DNA from: Octopus vulgaris
Lineage: Eukaryota
Direction: 5' to 3'
Length of the DNA: 64,000 nt
NCBI GenBank assembly: GCA_951406725.2
Contig: OX597830.1
Span: forward strand, 75,950,001 to 76,014,000
Both the position numbers and the translations under genes were made by a program. The notes beneath the pieces were generated by a model, which was not told the DNA's origin, did no database searches, and saw nothing but the letters and a program-made list of their open reading frames with translations. Positions 39,280 to 52,425 of the stretch are shown here, in pieces; position 1 is the stretch's first letter; every line of letters starts with the position of its first letter.

Positions 39280-40118
39280 ATTGGTTTCAAATTTTGACAT
39301 AATGTCAGCAGGATTGGGAGTGGGGCTAAATCGATTAAATCAGTGTTCGACAAGTAGTTATTTTATCGGGTCCGAAAGTTGAAAAGTAAAGTCGACCTCT
39401 GAGGAATTTGAACTCAGAACAAGAAGACTGACGAAATACCGCTCCACATTTTACCCGATTTGCTAAAGATTCCACAGTGCGCCTTTCCTTGTTGGTTAAA
39501 TAATAGTTTCACATTTTTGCATATGATTAGCAGGTTTGGAGGAAGGCCTAAGTCGATTAAATCGACCCTAGTCTTCAGCCTGTACTTATTTATCGACCCC
39601 AAAAGGATGAAAGACAAAGTCGACCTCGGTAGAATTTGAACTCAGAACTTAAAGATGAACGAAATACCTATTTCTTTACTACTCGCATGGGGCTAAACAC
39701 AGAGAGGACAAACAAGGACAGACAAACAGATTAAGTTCATTATATCGACTCCAGTGTGTAACTGGTACTTTATTTATCGACCCCGAAAGGATGAAAGGCA
39801 AAGTCGACCTCGGTGGAATTTGAACTCAGAACGTAACGGCAGACGAAATACCGCTAAGCATTTCGCCCGGCGTGCTAACGTTTCTGCCAGCTCACCGACT
39901 TCGATCATAATAATATTCGTTTCAAATTTTGGCACAAGGCCAGCATGTTTGGGGGAGGAGCTACATTAATTAAATCGACCCTGCTGCTCAAAGGGGACTT
40001 ATTTTATAAACCCCGACACAATGAAAGGCAAAATGACCTCGATGGAATTTGGACTCAGAACGTAAAAACGGACGAAATACGGCTAAGCATTTTGTCCGAC
40101 GGTTCCGCCAGCTCATCG
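39280..40118 (-). mobile_element. Cluster of about four SINE B units
   Basis: repeated aaagtcgacctc..gaatttgaactcagaac; junction gaaatacctatttc at 39661. Confidence 0.85.
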
Positions 40119-40146
40119 CTTTCCCCTTATAAGTACTAGACTTACA

Positions 40147-40532
40147 GTGGAGGCGCAATGGCCCAGTGGTTAGGGCAGCGGACTCGCGGTCGTAGGATCG
40201 CGGTTTCGATTCCCAGACCGGGCGTTGTGAGTGTTTATTGAGCGAAAACACCTAAAGCTCCATGAGGCTCGGGCAGGGATGGTGGTGATCCCTGCTGTAC
40301 TCTTTCGCCACAACTTTCTCTCACTCTTACTTCCTGTTTCTGTTGTACCTGTATTACAAAGGGCCGGCCTTGTCACTCTCTGTGTCACGCTGAATATCCC
40401 CGAGAACTACGTTAAGGGTGCACGTGTCTGTGGAATGCTCAGCCACTTACACGTTAATTTCACGAGCAGGCTGTTCCGTTGATCGGATCAACCGGAACCC
40501 TCGTCGTCGTAACCGACGGAGTGCTTCCATCC
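40147..40532 (+). mobile_element. SINE family C (tRNA-derived, ~385 bp), 12-bp TSD
   Basis: tggcccagtgg A box, gtttcgattccc B box; TSD actagacttaca at 40135-40146 and 40533-40544. Confidence 0.93.
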
Positions 40533-40740
40533 ACTAGACTTACAAAGAATATGTCCCGCAGTCAAATGACGAACAAATAAAATGATAAATGAATAATAGA
40601 TGATACAGACAATGCCGTGAGTGTGGAACATATATTCAGCAAAATAACCATTTTTTTAAAAAATATATGTTCATATATATATTTCGTATTGTTAATGTAA
40701 ATGAGGTTGCTTCTAAAATATAATAAACTTTTCATGTACA

Positions 40741-40965
40741 TTGCACAAAGTAGATGTAGGTTTTTTTTAATCAAAGCTGGACCTCTTCCTGTCGAGAGTC
40801 CAAAATGAACCTACATCACGGAAAGAGGTGCAAATGAGGGTAGCTATATCAAACTTCATTCTTCCCTAAGTGCGACATATTAGAGGAGGCTCTTAGTAAT
40901 AACAGTGTAGCACAAAACGGCGGTGCATCAGCATGGCCGCAGCTCTGAGCTGAAACTAGAAAAAT
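40741..40965 (+). pseudogene. 3' end of a CR1-group LINE; candidate donor of the SINE A/5S/U6 tail
   Basis: LHKVDVGFF*SKLDLFLSRVQNEPTSRKEVQMRVAISNFILP*VRHIRGGS* fits the FK.KLD.FL..VPDEP..SNS motif; UTR ggcggtgcatcagcatggccgcagctctgagctgaaactaga. Confidence 0.8.
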
Positions 40966-41473
40966 AATAATACAAATGTTTGCATTACATGTATATTTCA
41001 TACATTTCAAACATGGCACAAAAACAGTTTAGCATCGCGCATTAAATATTATTGTACATAATTTAGGCGTTCTTTCATTGAGACATACTGAGAAAATAAT
41101 TGGAATAATTTACCCTTTGTAGATTTTTTTTCAATATATACAATTTCATAGTTAATTAAGCAGATCTTTTATTAATCATTTTTGAGAAGAATCTTTTGCC
41201 AATTATATTTCTATGATCATCACTTCTTTCTGTGTAGAATTTCAGATTATTCTTACATCTACTAAAAATATTTATAAATATATGTACACACACAAACACA
41301 CACACACATACACACACACAAACTTCACGCACACACACACACATATTTACAACGAAATTTATTACATATATATGTAGATTTAATCTCTAATACAGTATAG
41401 TATTACAACACAATAGTGGTAGTACAACAGTAATTAAATTCAAATGAAAACAAGTCTTTGTCATTGTATCATT

Positions 41474-41517
<44 letters not shown>

Positions 41518-41671
41518 TATATATATATATAAATAAATACGAACATACATATATGGCTATAAGCATATATATATATATAGGTGTAGGTATAATTAAATTA
41601 ATATTAAATTTATCTCCCTCATTATTTAAGGTGTAGGTATATATGTATAACTATGTATCTATGTATGTATG

Positions 41672-41766
<95 letters not shown>

Positions 41767-41776
41767 ATATATATGA

Positions 41777-41818
<42 letters not shown>

Positions 41819-42221
41819 GTATATATACACACACACACATATATTTTGCTGTTCCCAGACAAAGGATATTCAAAGGAACACCTACTAACATCAAGTCACA
41901 GCTATAAATATATCATTATATTACAGAGATCGAATGGTGATGCGTCGTGGTTCAGCATCCAATTACAGTTGGAACATATAATGCAGAGGTTTCAAAATTA
42001 AGAAAAAAACACAACATCGAAACGTACGTAGGGGACAAATCATATAAACTTTGTTTATTATAATTTCTCAAATATTTGCTCTGTATATCATAACCAATAA
42101 CACTACTAAATATAGTAGTAACCAAACCACTATACTAAAAGCAAACTCGATGATGATACTGTGTATGGAGTCCTAAACTCACCAGTAGCATTTGTATATT
42201 TAACTGTATAGATAAGAAATT

Positions 42222-42600
42222 TTTTTCAGGATTAAATAAAAAGAACACAAACGGAAAACATAACATACTTATATATATATAATTCAAAACACGCGTTGTA
42301 AGTAAAGAAACAAACATATACTAAATACACAGGCGAACAAAAAACAAAGAAGGTCACTAACTCCTCATCAGTTATCGGCCAGATGGTCAAACGCAATTTC
42401 GGCCATTATCGATAATGGCCGAAATTGCGTTTAACCCTCTGGCCGTCAACAGATGAGAGTTGGTGACCTTCTCTGTTTGTTATTCGCCTGTGTATTAAAT
42501 ATATGTTCGTTTGTTTATTTACTACACGTTTTTTAAAAATTTTATATAAGTACGTTATATTTTCTGTTTGTTGTCTTATTTTTATTTAATCCTGAAAATA
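42222..42600. repeat. Fold-back palindrome (~190 bp arms, no loop), probable PLE terminus
   Basis: perfect core aaacgcaatttcggccattatc|gataatggccgaaattgcgttt centred 42410/42411; diverged arms run out to ttcaggattaaataaaaa / tttttatttaatcctgaa. Confidence 0.85.
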
Positions 42601-42637
42601 TTATTCATGTAACGCACGCACTACTTAATTTTTTTAA

Positions 42638-42690
<53 letters not shown>

Positions 42691-42704
42691 CCAACCGGTG
42701 GTTA

Positions 42705-42755
42705 TTACACGCTGATGAAAGGTCACTACCCAGAAACTCGGATCCGTCCGTATCA
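42705..42755 (+). ncRNA. Hammerhead-like motif
   Basis: acg-CTGATGA(42712)-aaGGTcactACCca-GAAAC(42733)-tcggatcc-GTC(42746)-cgt. Confidence 0.5.
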
Positions 42756-42957
42756 CGTCAGGCTGGAGATGGGAACGATGACTTCCCTTTGCAAATACTG
42801 ATAGGGCACAGATAGTGTGTCAATAGCCCGCTGGAGGAGATGTCTTCCTGGGGCTACAAACTACAGTAGCATCAACCCTTAAGGGTTTAGCCACATTTAG
42901 GTGGCAAATATACTTCACGATGTCGTGCGGTTATTGTTTATATCTCGCTCAGAGATT

Positions 42958-43006
<49 letters not shown>

Positions 43007-43599
43007 CATTTACATGCACACATGCACACTCCTGCATATACACATGCATGTATTTATGTATGTATGTATGTATGTATATATGTATGTCATATAGACATAC
43101 ATATGTACATATACATACAACCCGAAACAGAAAGACTGAAGTATACTTAAATATTACTGGTCGGGTGAGAAACAAAAAATTAGACACACAATCACACACG
43201 AATATACACGCATACAGACACACACACACACACGCATACACACACATGGGAAAAATAAGAAGTTAAAACGTACTAAAATTTTATATCTATATACATACAT
43301 TTTTGTTGAAATAAAAGGATTTTTTAACATATGATGCGAATAGCATTTTTCCCCATACATTTATGTATATGACAGGAAAAAAAATTCAAAAATATGCTTT
43401 CACATAAGAAAGTTTTTTATATAATAGTTTTGATGAAAATATATTAGTCTATGTATGCACAATATGAGTTTGACATACATGACACAAATAAAAGGAAGGG
43501 ATAAAAGATTACATTCTGCTTAGAGATTTTTGTGTATGAGAAACGTTTTAGTGAATAAATTTGTGTGTATATATATATATGTATATATATATATATAAC

Positions 43600-43802
43600 C
43601 GTGTGTGTATCGTTGGCGATTTTTTTTCCTCCGTCTTCCCTTCTTTGGTTCTTTCTTTTTCCTATGTTTCTGACGAAGAGCTCCGCTCGAAACGTTAGAT
43701 CCTCCTTCTTTCTTTACTTTCCTGAGCGTCCAATAACACTATACTTGCTCCACGTTCTCGCGTTGTAGTTGTGTTTTCCCTTTGTGTTGTTTATGTTTGG
43801 AT

Positions 43803-43808
<6 letters not shown>
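43600..43808 (+). mobile_element. PLE 3' end with a minimal hammerhead (43665-43700)
   Basis: gttt-CTGACGA-a-GAGC-tcc-GCTC-GAAAC-GTT-agat; flanked by (TA)n. Confidence 0.75.
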
Positions 43809-43875
<67 letters not shown>

Positions 43876-44058
43876 TGTTGTGTTTGGGGTGATTCAACAT
43901 ATGCCTCAACACACGAACTCTTATAAAGAATCTTGCTGCAAGCAAGCCAAATCCAAAAACGAAATATATATATGTATGTATGTATATATATATATATGTA
44001 CATATGTGTGTGTATGTGTGTGTACGTATATGTATGTATTTTTGTTTTTATGTATGTC

Positions 44059-44489
44059 ATTATTCAGTTTTATTTCAAGATTTCTTACCAACAGAGAAAG
44101 AGCCGGTTTCTAACCCAGATCGAAGGTTCCTTCATTGGTATAATTTGAACATCAACAACAGGGTATTTTTGTATATATGTATATATACGACCAGATTTGA
44201 ATGCTTTGTTTAATGTGTGTCTTCTCCTGCGTGTACTTGCATATCTAGACATGCTCATAAATAATTGATAAACTTCTGGAAAGTTCTACAGATTTTTTAC
44301 AGTTCCAGTGATGAAATGGATCTGTAGTCTTCGAATCAGCTTTCTCCTTTCTGGTTTTGAGAAGCATAATTCCTCATGATTGGTATCTCAGCGCTGTGCT
44401 ACATATCTTAGTGCTCCGATAACTACAGGTATAAACCTGAACTTGTAGTCGGGATAGAGTAACTGCAGATTTCTCAACAGCTCAACGTA
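44059..44489 (-). pseudogene. 3' end of a REL-endonuclease (R4/Dong-like) retrotransposon embedded in (CATA)n
   Basis: YVELLRNLQLLYPDYKFRFIPVVIGALRYV..LIRRLQIHFITGTVK/ICRTFQKF; the UTR ends ctgaataatg-ACATACATA. Confidence 0.75.
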
Positions 44490-45085
44490 TGCATGTATGT
44501 ATGTATGTATGTATGTATGTATGTATGTATGTATGTATGTATGTATGTATATATGCATGTATGTATGTATGTATGTATGATTTGTATGTATGTATGTATG
44601 TATGTATGTACGTATGTATGTATGTGTGTATGTATGTATGTATGTATGTATGTATGTATGTATGCATGCATGCATGTATGTATGTATGTATGATTTGTAT
44701 GTATGTATGTATGTATGTACGTATGTATGTATGTGTGTATGTATGTATGTATGTATGTATGTATGTATGTATGTATGTATGTGTGTATGTATGTATGTAT
44801 GTATGTATGTGTGTATGTATATATGCATGTATGTATGTATGTATGTATGTATGATTTGTATGTATGTATGTATGTATGTATGTACGTATGTATGTATGTG
44901 TGTATGTATGTATGTATGTATGTATGTATGTATGTATGTATGCATGCATGCATGTATGTATGTATGTATGCATGTATGTATGTATGTATGTATGATTTGT
45001 ATGTATGTATGTATGTATGTATGTATGTATGTATGTATGTGTGTATGTATGTGTGTATGTATGTATGTTTGTATGTATGTATGTA
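44490..45085. repeat. (TATG)n array with higher-order duplication
   Basis: marker tgatttg recurs at about 44578, 44691, 44852 and 44993, with tacg/tgtg/tgca variants in a repeated order. Confidence 0.9.
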
Positions 45086-45714
45086 TTATGTGCGCGCGCT
45101 CGCATGTCTTTGTATAGGTTTATGTCTCTTTGTATGCATATACAGATTCGTGTCTTTACATGTTTGCTTCTCTGGATGTAATTTTAGATCGTTTTTGTTG
45201 TTACTGTTGTTGTTTGTAAGGATTTTTTAACCTTGCCCTACTCCCACATCCATCTTTGTGTGTGTTGTGATTTTTAGTTTTGATCACGTGATTTTGATTG
45301 TCTCGATGGCTGTTATATGCCTGCAGTACGACTGCGCGGAGTTCTGCTCTGTTTGCAGACGACGTGTCCAGCGTTGAATTTATTTAGGCTAGAATGTAGC
45401 GTTGAAGTTTGGTTTTGCTTACAATTTAGCAATCTTTGTATTGTATAGAAGCAACTCAAACTCTGGAGAGACTGTACGGGAAACCTTTTAAACTTTGATA
45501 TTCGAGTTTGGGTTTATAACAGTGTGCTAGTTTCATTGAGAAATATCAAGCGCCACAAGGTCTATTCCTCTTAAATTAGCAAATAGGTTATCGACTATTG
45601 ACCATCGACTTACCCACGGCGTAATTACTTCATACGCTAGAAATAGCAACCAAATCTCTATCACACCTCTACAAACAGTCTTTGTTTTTAAGAGTTACGG
45701 ACAAACTTTTGTAT

Positions 45715-46125
45715 TTCTCAAGAAGCTTGCTTCCCAAAGACATGGTTCCGGGTTCAGTCCCACTGCCTGGCACTTTGGGCTAGTGACTTCTACTCGAGCC
45801 GACCAAAGCTTTGTGAGTGGAGTTGGTTGACGGAAACTGAAAGAAGCAAATCGTATATATATATATATGTATGTGTATGTGTATGTATGTATGTGTGTAT
45901 GTGTGTGTGTGTGTATTTGTATGTCTGTGTTTTTCTCCCCACCATCAACTGACAACCGATGCTGGTGTGTTTACGTCTCCGTAACTTAGCGGTTCGGTAA
46001 AACACACCGATAGATTACGTACAACGCTTACGAAAAACAAGTCCTGGGGGTCGATTCATTCGACTAAAAGCGATGCTCCAGCATGGCCGCAGTCGAATGA
46101 CTGAAGCAAGTAAAAGAATAAAAGA
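45715..46125 (+). mobile_element. SINE family A
   Basis: head from agaagcttgcttccc to tail cagcatggccgcagtcgaatgactg. Confidence 0.85.
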
Positions 46126-46565
46126 ACATCTTGGCAGTGGGATTTCCAATTTTCTTTCTAGAAGCTCTTCATCAATTCGGCGTTTGTGTTGTGGGCAACT
46201 GTGAAGATAAGGGAAAAAGGCAAACTTTCGACCTTCCTCTCTTTTAAACTTAGTCATCTCTTTGGAACAAACCTTACCTTTTGGCCCCATCAAATTTCCA
46301 TTTTTTTCCTCGAGTCCATTCTCTCCGAATTTTTGCCACAGAAGATGGTTACTGTTTTGGTTTTCCCAAGGATCCGAGTTGACTCTGTATTGGAGAAGGA
46401 TATATTTCCCTTAATATTTGGCGCTCGGATCTCATGACCACTGGCACTGATGATAACGAGGCGTGAACTTCCTTTTCTACAAATCCTTCACGGGTCAAGG
46501 TATTGTACTGCTTTAGCAGCAGCCTTGCTCTGTATTTGGTTGTATCGCGGGAGGGTTACTATGTC

Positions 46566-46598
<33 letters not shown>

Positions 46599-47111
46599 GC
46601 TCTGTTTCACTTCTTTTGTTACTATTACCTGTTTAAGTGTTTCAGTACATAGATTACAGACATGCTGGAACACCACTTTGAATGGGTTTAATTGAAAAAA
46701 ATCGACTCCAGGACTTATTTTTTGTAAGCTTAGTACATATTCTATTGGTCTCTTTTGCCGAACCGCTAAGTTACGGGTACGAAAACACACAGGCAACGAT
46801 TGTCAAGCTGTGGTGGGGGACAATAATAGAGATAAAGACACATACACACAAAGACACACACACACTCACACACATGACGTTTACATATAATCTCCTACAT
46901 ACATACAGACAGACATAAAGACAGACGCACAGACATTCGCCCATATTCACACACATACATACATATATATATATATATATATCCGTACAATCATGTACGC
47001 ATACATTCATACATATACGGATGTATACTTGCAAACACATAAATGCATATATACATACATCATACAAACATACATACACAGACTCACATGCACACATTCA
47101 CATGCACAGAT

Positions 47112-47145
<34 letters not shown>

Positions 47146-48072
47146 CATACGTACATAATACATACATATATATATACATAATACATACATACATAATTCA
47201 TACATACACATACATACATAATACATACATGCACACACATATATACATACATAATACATACATACACACGTACATACATATATACATACATGCATACTAC
47301 ATACATACACACACATACATACATACATACATACACACACATACATACATGCATGCATACATACATACATACACGCATACATACATACATACATACATAC
47401 ATACATACATACATACATACATACATACATACATACATACATACATACATACATACATACATACATACATACATACATACATACATACATACATACATAC
47501 ACATCTGCTTAGTAGGTACCTATACGAAGCATACGATGCGTAATTAAGTCTATGTTGTCTTGCCAAGGCCGTATCGTATTTCATTTGACACGGCAGTGAA
47601 ATGAGCCCCACGCCATCAACTGTGGTCATCTACAACGAAACGCTTTGACGTCTTAGAATTAATGCTTTATGTCACCATATAGACCCAGTGAAGCGGATGT
47701 ATAACGTTAGCATTCTACTCCACCACGGAACAAACTACTGCTCTTTGGAGAGCGAGAGAGTGAAAAGTTTACAGAGAGAGAGAGAGAGAGATTATGATTG
47801 TTTTTGTACAGTTGTTTTCTGCTATTTTGGTTTAAATATGACTAAATGAATGAGCCAATGTGTGAGCCGTTAAGTGAATTGTCCACATCCCAGTCGATGT
47901 GTTGTGTGAGCAGGCAGCCTTTTAGTGGATGGTCTACTATATACAAGAAATGGCTGCGACGAATTCTCAGCTGGTATAATGAGGGACACGTTGAGGAGAT
48001 AATGTGTCCCTGAAAAATTGTATGAGTTTGTGTTTGTTTGTGTGTTTGTGTGCGCGTGTGTGTGCTTGTTTT

Positions 48073-48122
<50 letters not shown>

Positions 48123-48252
48123 TGTGTAGGCATGCCTGTGTGCTAGAAAGCTCGCTTCTGGGTTCAGTCTCACTGCGTGACAACTTGGGCAGTTTCTTCT
48201 ATCATGGTCCTGGGCCGATCAAATCCTTGTGAAAATGAAAACCAGTGTATGT

Positions 48253-48293
<41 letters not shown>

Positions 48294-48371
48294 GTGTTTG
48301 TTCCCCTCTACTGTCACTGCATGACAATCGGTGATGGTGTGTTTACAACCCTGTAACTCAGCGGCTCGGCA

Positions 48372-48405
<34 letters not shown>

Positions 48406-48491
48406 TGATAGATAGATGCAATGACTTTTAAAATGAAGTACTATGGTGAATGTGTCAGTCTAATCCAGGGGTTAGACACACAAACACATAA

Positions 48492-48532
<41 letters not shown>

Positions 48533-48536
<4 letters not shown>

Positions 48537-48645
48537 ATTTTATAGAAGGAGTTTACAGGACTAGAACTGTTTCATTCAAAAGAAATCATGATTTCTTTTG
48601 AATGAAACAGTTCTAGTCCTGTAGAAGCTCCTTCTATAAAATAAA
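48533..48645. repeat. Loopless palindrome (~55 bp arms) centred in a PLE hammerhead
   Basis: centre aaatCATGattt (48588/48589); the right arm reads TGAtTTCttttGAAtGAAACagttctaGTCctgta. Confidence 0.85.
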
Positions 48646-48709
48646 TTACTTTACTCTGCTATGTATTGAGTACCTTATTTACTGTGGTTAACCCCGACTC
48701 AACCCGGGA

Positions 48710-48764
<55 letters not shown>

Positions 48765-49206
48765 GACGGGCTTCTGTCTGTTTTCCTTTACGGAGGCTAT
48801 AATAGTACACACTTGCCCAGGGTACTACCTTGTGGGATTGAACCCGGAAACATGTGGTTGGGAAGCAAGCTTCTTACCATACACCCTCTCCTGTGCCTAT
48901 ATATATATATATTCTTTTACACGTTTCAGTCATTTTAATGCGGCCATGATAGAAAATTGACCCCAGGACTTATTCTCTCTGTCTGTTTTGCCGAACTTCT
49001 AGGTTTCAGAGACATAAACACACACATACGACAGGCTTTCTTTCAGTTTCCGTGACCAAATCCACACACAAGTATTTGGTCAGTCCCAAGCTATAGTGGA
49101 AGACACTTGCGCAAGATGCCACGCTGTGGGACTGAACCCGAAACCATGTGGTTGGGCAGCAAGCTTCTTACCATACAACGACGCCTGCGCCTCTATGCAT
49201 AAATGA

Positions 49207-49591
49207 AGAAGGAAGCTCTCCGTCGGTTACGACGACGAGGGTTCCGGTTGATCCGATCAACGGAACAGCCTGCTCGTGAAATTAACGTGTAAGTGGCTGA
49301 GCACTCCACAGACACGTGTACCCTTAACGTAGTTCTCGGGGATATTCAGCGTGACACAGAGAGTGACAAGGCCGGCCCTTTGAAATACAGGTGCAACAGA
49401 AACAGGAAGTAAGAGTGAGAGAAAGTTGTGGCGAAAGAGTACAGCAGGGATCACCACCATCCCCTGCCGGAGCCTCGTGGAGCATTAGGTGTTTTCGCTC
49501 AATAAACACTCACAACGCCCGGTCTGGGAATCGAAACCGCGATCCTACGACCGCGAGTCCGCTGCTCTAACCACTGGGCCACTGCGCCTCC
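49207..49591 (-). mobile_element. SINE family C, 12-bp TSD
   Basis: TSD atgcataaatga at 49195-49206 and 49592-49603. Confidence 0.93.
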
Positions 49592-49693
49592 ATGCATAAA
49601 TGACTGAAAGCATGAATGAAGAAAAATTCAAACTTCATTTCATGTTCCTCCAGTCAACCTACCTGGAAATTACTTCTAGCCAATTACTAGTAA

Positions 49694-50067
<374 letters not shown>

Positions 50068-50309
50068 AGCTTTCGCATTACATATTCGATGTTCTTTTGA
50101 GTTTAGCGTGCAATAGTCCAGAGGCGATCTTATGTCTGACTCAGTGAAACGTCTGCACTCGATTACAAAGGCATCAAAGACAATTATGAAAGCGTGATAC
50201 ACGCCATCACGTCATACTCGCTTGCGAATGACGTCTATAGTTTCTTTGTTGTGTACGATGCAGCATTATCAAATGTATTCGTACTTAGTGTTGCTGTGGG
50301 TTTTTTTGG

Positions 50310-50765
50310 TAGTGATGGTGGTGGTTGTAGTGGTGGTGATGGCGGTGGTGGTAGTAATGGTGGTGGCAGGAGTAGTTGTGGTGTGATTTTGTGGTGGTAG
50401 TATGGGTAGTAGTGGTGGTAGTTGTAATGGTGGTGCTAGAGGTAGTGATGGTGGTGGCAGGGGTAGTTGTGGTTTGATGTGATTTTTTAATGGTAGTATG
50501 GGTAGTAGTGGTGGTAGTGATGTTGGTGGTGGTAGTGTAGTGGTGGTGGCAAGGGTAGTTGTGGCGTGATTTTGTGGTAGTAGTATGGGTAGTAGTGGTG
50601 GTAGTTGTAATGGTGGTGCTAGTGGTAGTGATGGTGGTGGCAGGGGTAGTTGTGGTTTGATGTGATTTTGTAGTGGTAGTATGGGTAGTAGTGGTGGTAG
50701 TGATGGTGGTGGTGGTGGTGGCAGGGATAGTTGTGGTGTGATTTTGTGGTGGTAGTATGGGAAGT
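50310..50765. repeat. GGT-rich minisatellite, ~90 bp units in a ~183 bp dimer
   Basis: tatgggtagtagtggtggtag at 50401, 50498, 50584 and 50680; the units at 50401 and 50584 are nearly identical. Confidence 0.85.
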
Positions 50766-51469
50766 GCTAGTTATTGTATTGGTGGTGGCAGTGGTAGCCG
50801 TGGTGGTGATGATGGAGGTGGTGGTGGTGGGAGGTCATGGTGGAGTGATGGTGCTGGTGCTGGGGTTATTGTTGTTCTGGTCCAGACCAGCCTCGATCCA
50901 TTAGACGCGTGATCAAATATTCTCCAACCATGACCTTCCTGTTGTGTTTTCAACGATGGTATACCCGGGTCTACATTATACAATATATCATTTCCGTTTT
51001 TAAGACGGGAGATGTAATTTGAGGGAGATTTGTTTGCTATCTCAGATAATCTGAGTATTCGCACAGAAATTCATTCATTAACTCGTTGTATATTTCTTAT
51101 TTAGACACAAAGCAGATTTATTCCTAACGGCGTCCAGACGATGGTTGTGGGAAAGTTTAAAAGAGGAAGCAGGGGTGGGGGGGGGAGAATGAATGGTTAG
51201 GACGAGCCCAGAAGAGAAAGGGATAAAAACATGAAGTTACGTCCATGCTTTTCACAATAGCACATTTAGCAGAAATAGAGAAATGAATAATCTACTGACC
51301 AGGTGTGAAACAGTGCCGCATACGTTTATGAGACAAAACTATACCTTCCTTATCAAGGCCCATCGATAAACTTATCCTTTTCCTCTTGTTTTCGTTTGTC
51401 ACAACCTCTACACCCACTCCTCACACGTGCACATATCGAACTACTAAAATTACTATGGAAGGAGAGAGA

Positions 51470-51970
51470 AATGATGCTAAGTGACGTTAAATGACGTTAA
51501 AGTGACACTAAATGACGTTAAAGATACATCAAATGCCGTTAAAGTGACGTTAACTGACGCTAAAGTGACGCTAGGTGACGTTAAATGACGTTAAAGGGAC
51601 GTTAAATGCCGTTTAAGTGATTTTGAATGACGTTAAAGTTACGTTAAATGACGTTAAAGTGACATTAAATGACGGTAAGTGGCGTTAAGTCACTTGAGTG
51701 CCGTCAAATAGCAATAATTGACACTAAGCGACGTTAAGTGATGGTGACTGACGTTAAAAAGGCGGTAATTGACATTAAGGGATTCAAAGTGACGAGAAGT
51801 CCTTTAAATGATGTCGATAAATAATTCTAAGTGACGGAAATTAACGTTAAGTGATGTTAAATGACCACGAGTGACATGAAGAGGTGGTACGTGTTGTTCA
51901 GCGACGGTAAGTGACCTTAAATGACGTTAAATGTCGTAATGTGACGACAAGTGACGGTGATATTAAGTAA
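51470..51970. repeat. 10/11-bp tandem array (AAATGACGTT / AAAGTGACGTT)
   Basis: about 45 degenerate units; traces resume at 52428-52500 after two SINE B copies. Confidence 0.9.
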
Positions 51971-51976
51971 CTCGGT

Positions 51977-52425
51977 AAGGCGCCGGACAGGCAGAATCGT
52001 TAGCACGCTGGGCGAAATGCTTAGCAGTATTTCGTCTATCTTTACGTTCTGAGTTCAAATTCCGCCGAGGTCGACTTTGCCTTTCATCCTTTCAGGATCG
52101 ATAAAATAAGTACCAGTTGAGCACTGATGTCGATGTAATAGACCTACCTCCTCCTCAGAAATTGCAGGACCTTGTGCCAAAATTTGAAACCGGTAACAAG
52201 TGACTCAGTGAGGGGGCGAGCTGACAGAATCTTTAGCACACCGACCAATATGCTCATTGGCATTTCGTCCGTCTTTATGTTCTGAGTTCAAATTCCACTG
52301 AGATCAACATTACCTTTCATCCTTACTAGGTTGGTAAAATATGTACCATTCAAAGACTAGGAGTCGTTGTAATCGGTTCATCCCATCCCCTGAATTCTTT
52401 GGCCTTATGCCAAAATTTGAAACCG
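51977..52425 (+). mobile_element. Two tandem SINE B copies (B2 tail)
   Basis: each ends cctt.tgccaaaatttgaaacc. Confidence 0.88.

Noticed and set aside
47520-47629. Minus-strand exon MTTVDGVGLISLPCQMKYDTALARQHRLNYASYASY
   Set aside because: Weak donor (GTACCT), poor pyrimidine tract and no recognised homology; retained only as a unique island.
51470-51970. CRISPR-like array
   Set aside because: Contiguous 10/11-bp tandem units with no unique spacers, no cas genes, and a eukaryotic context.
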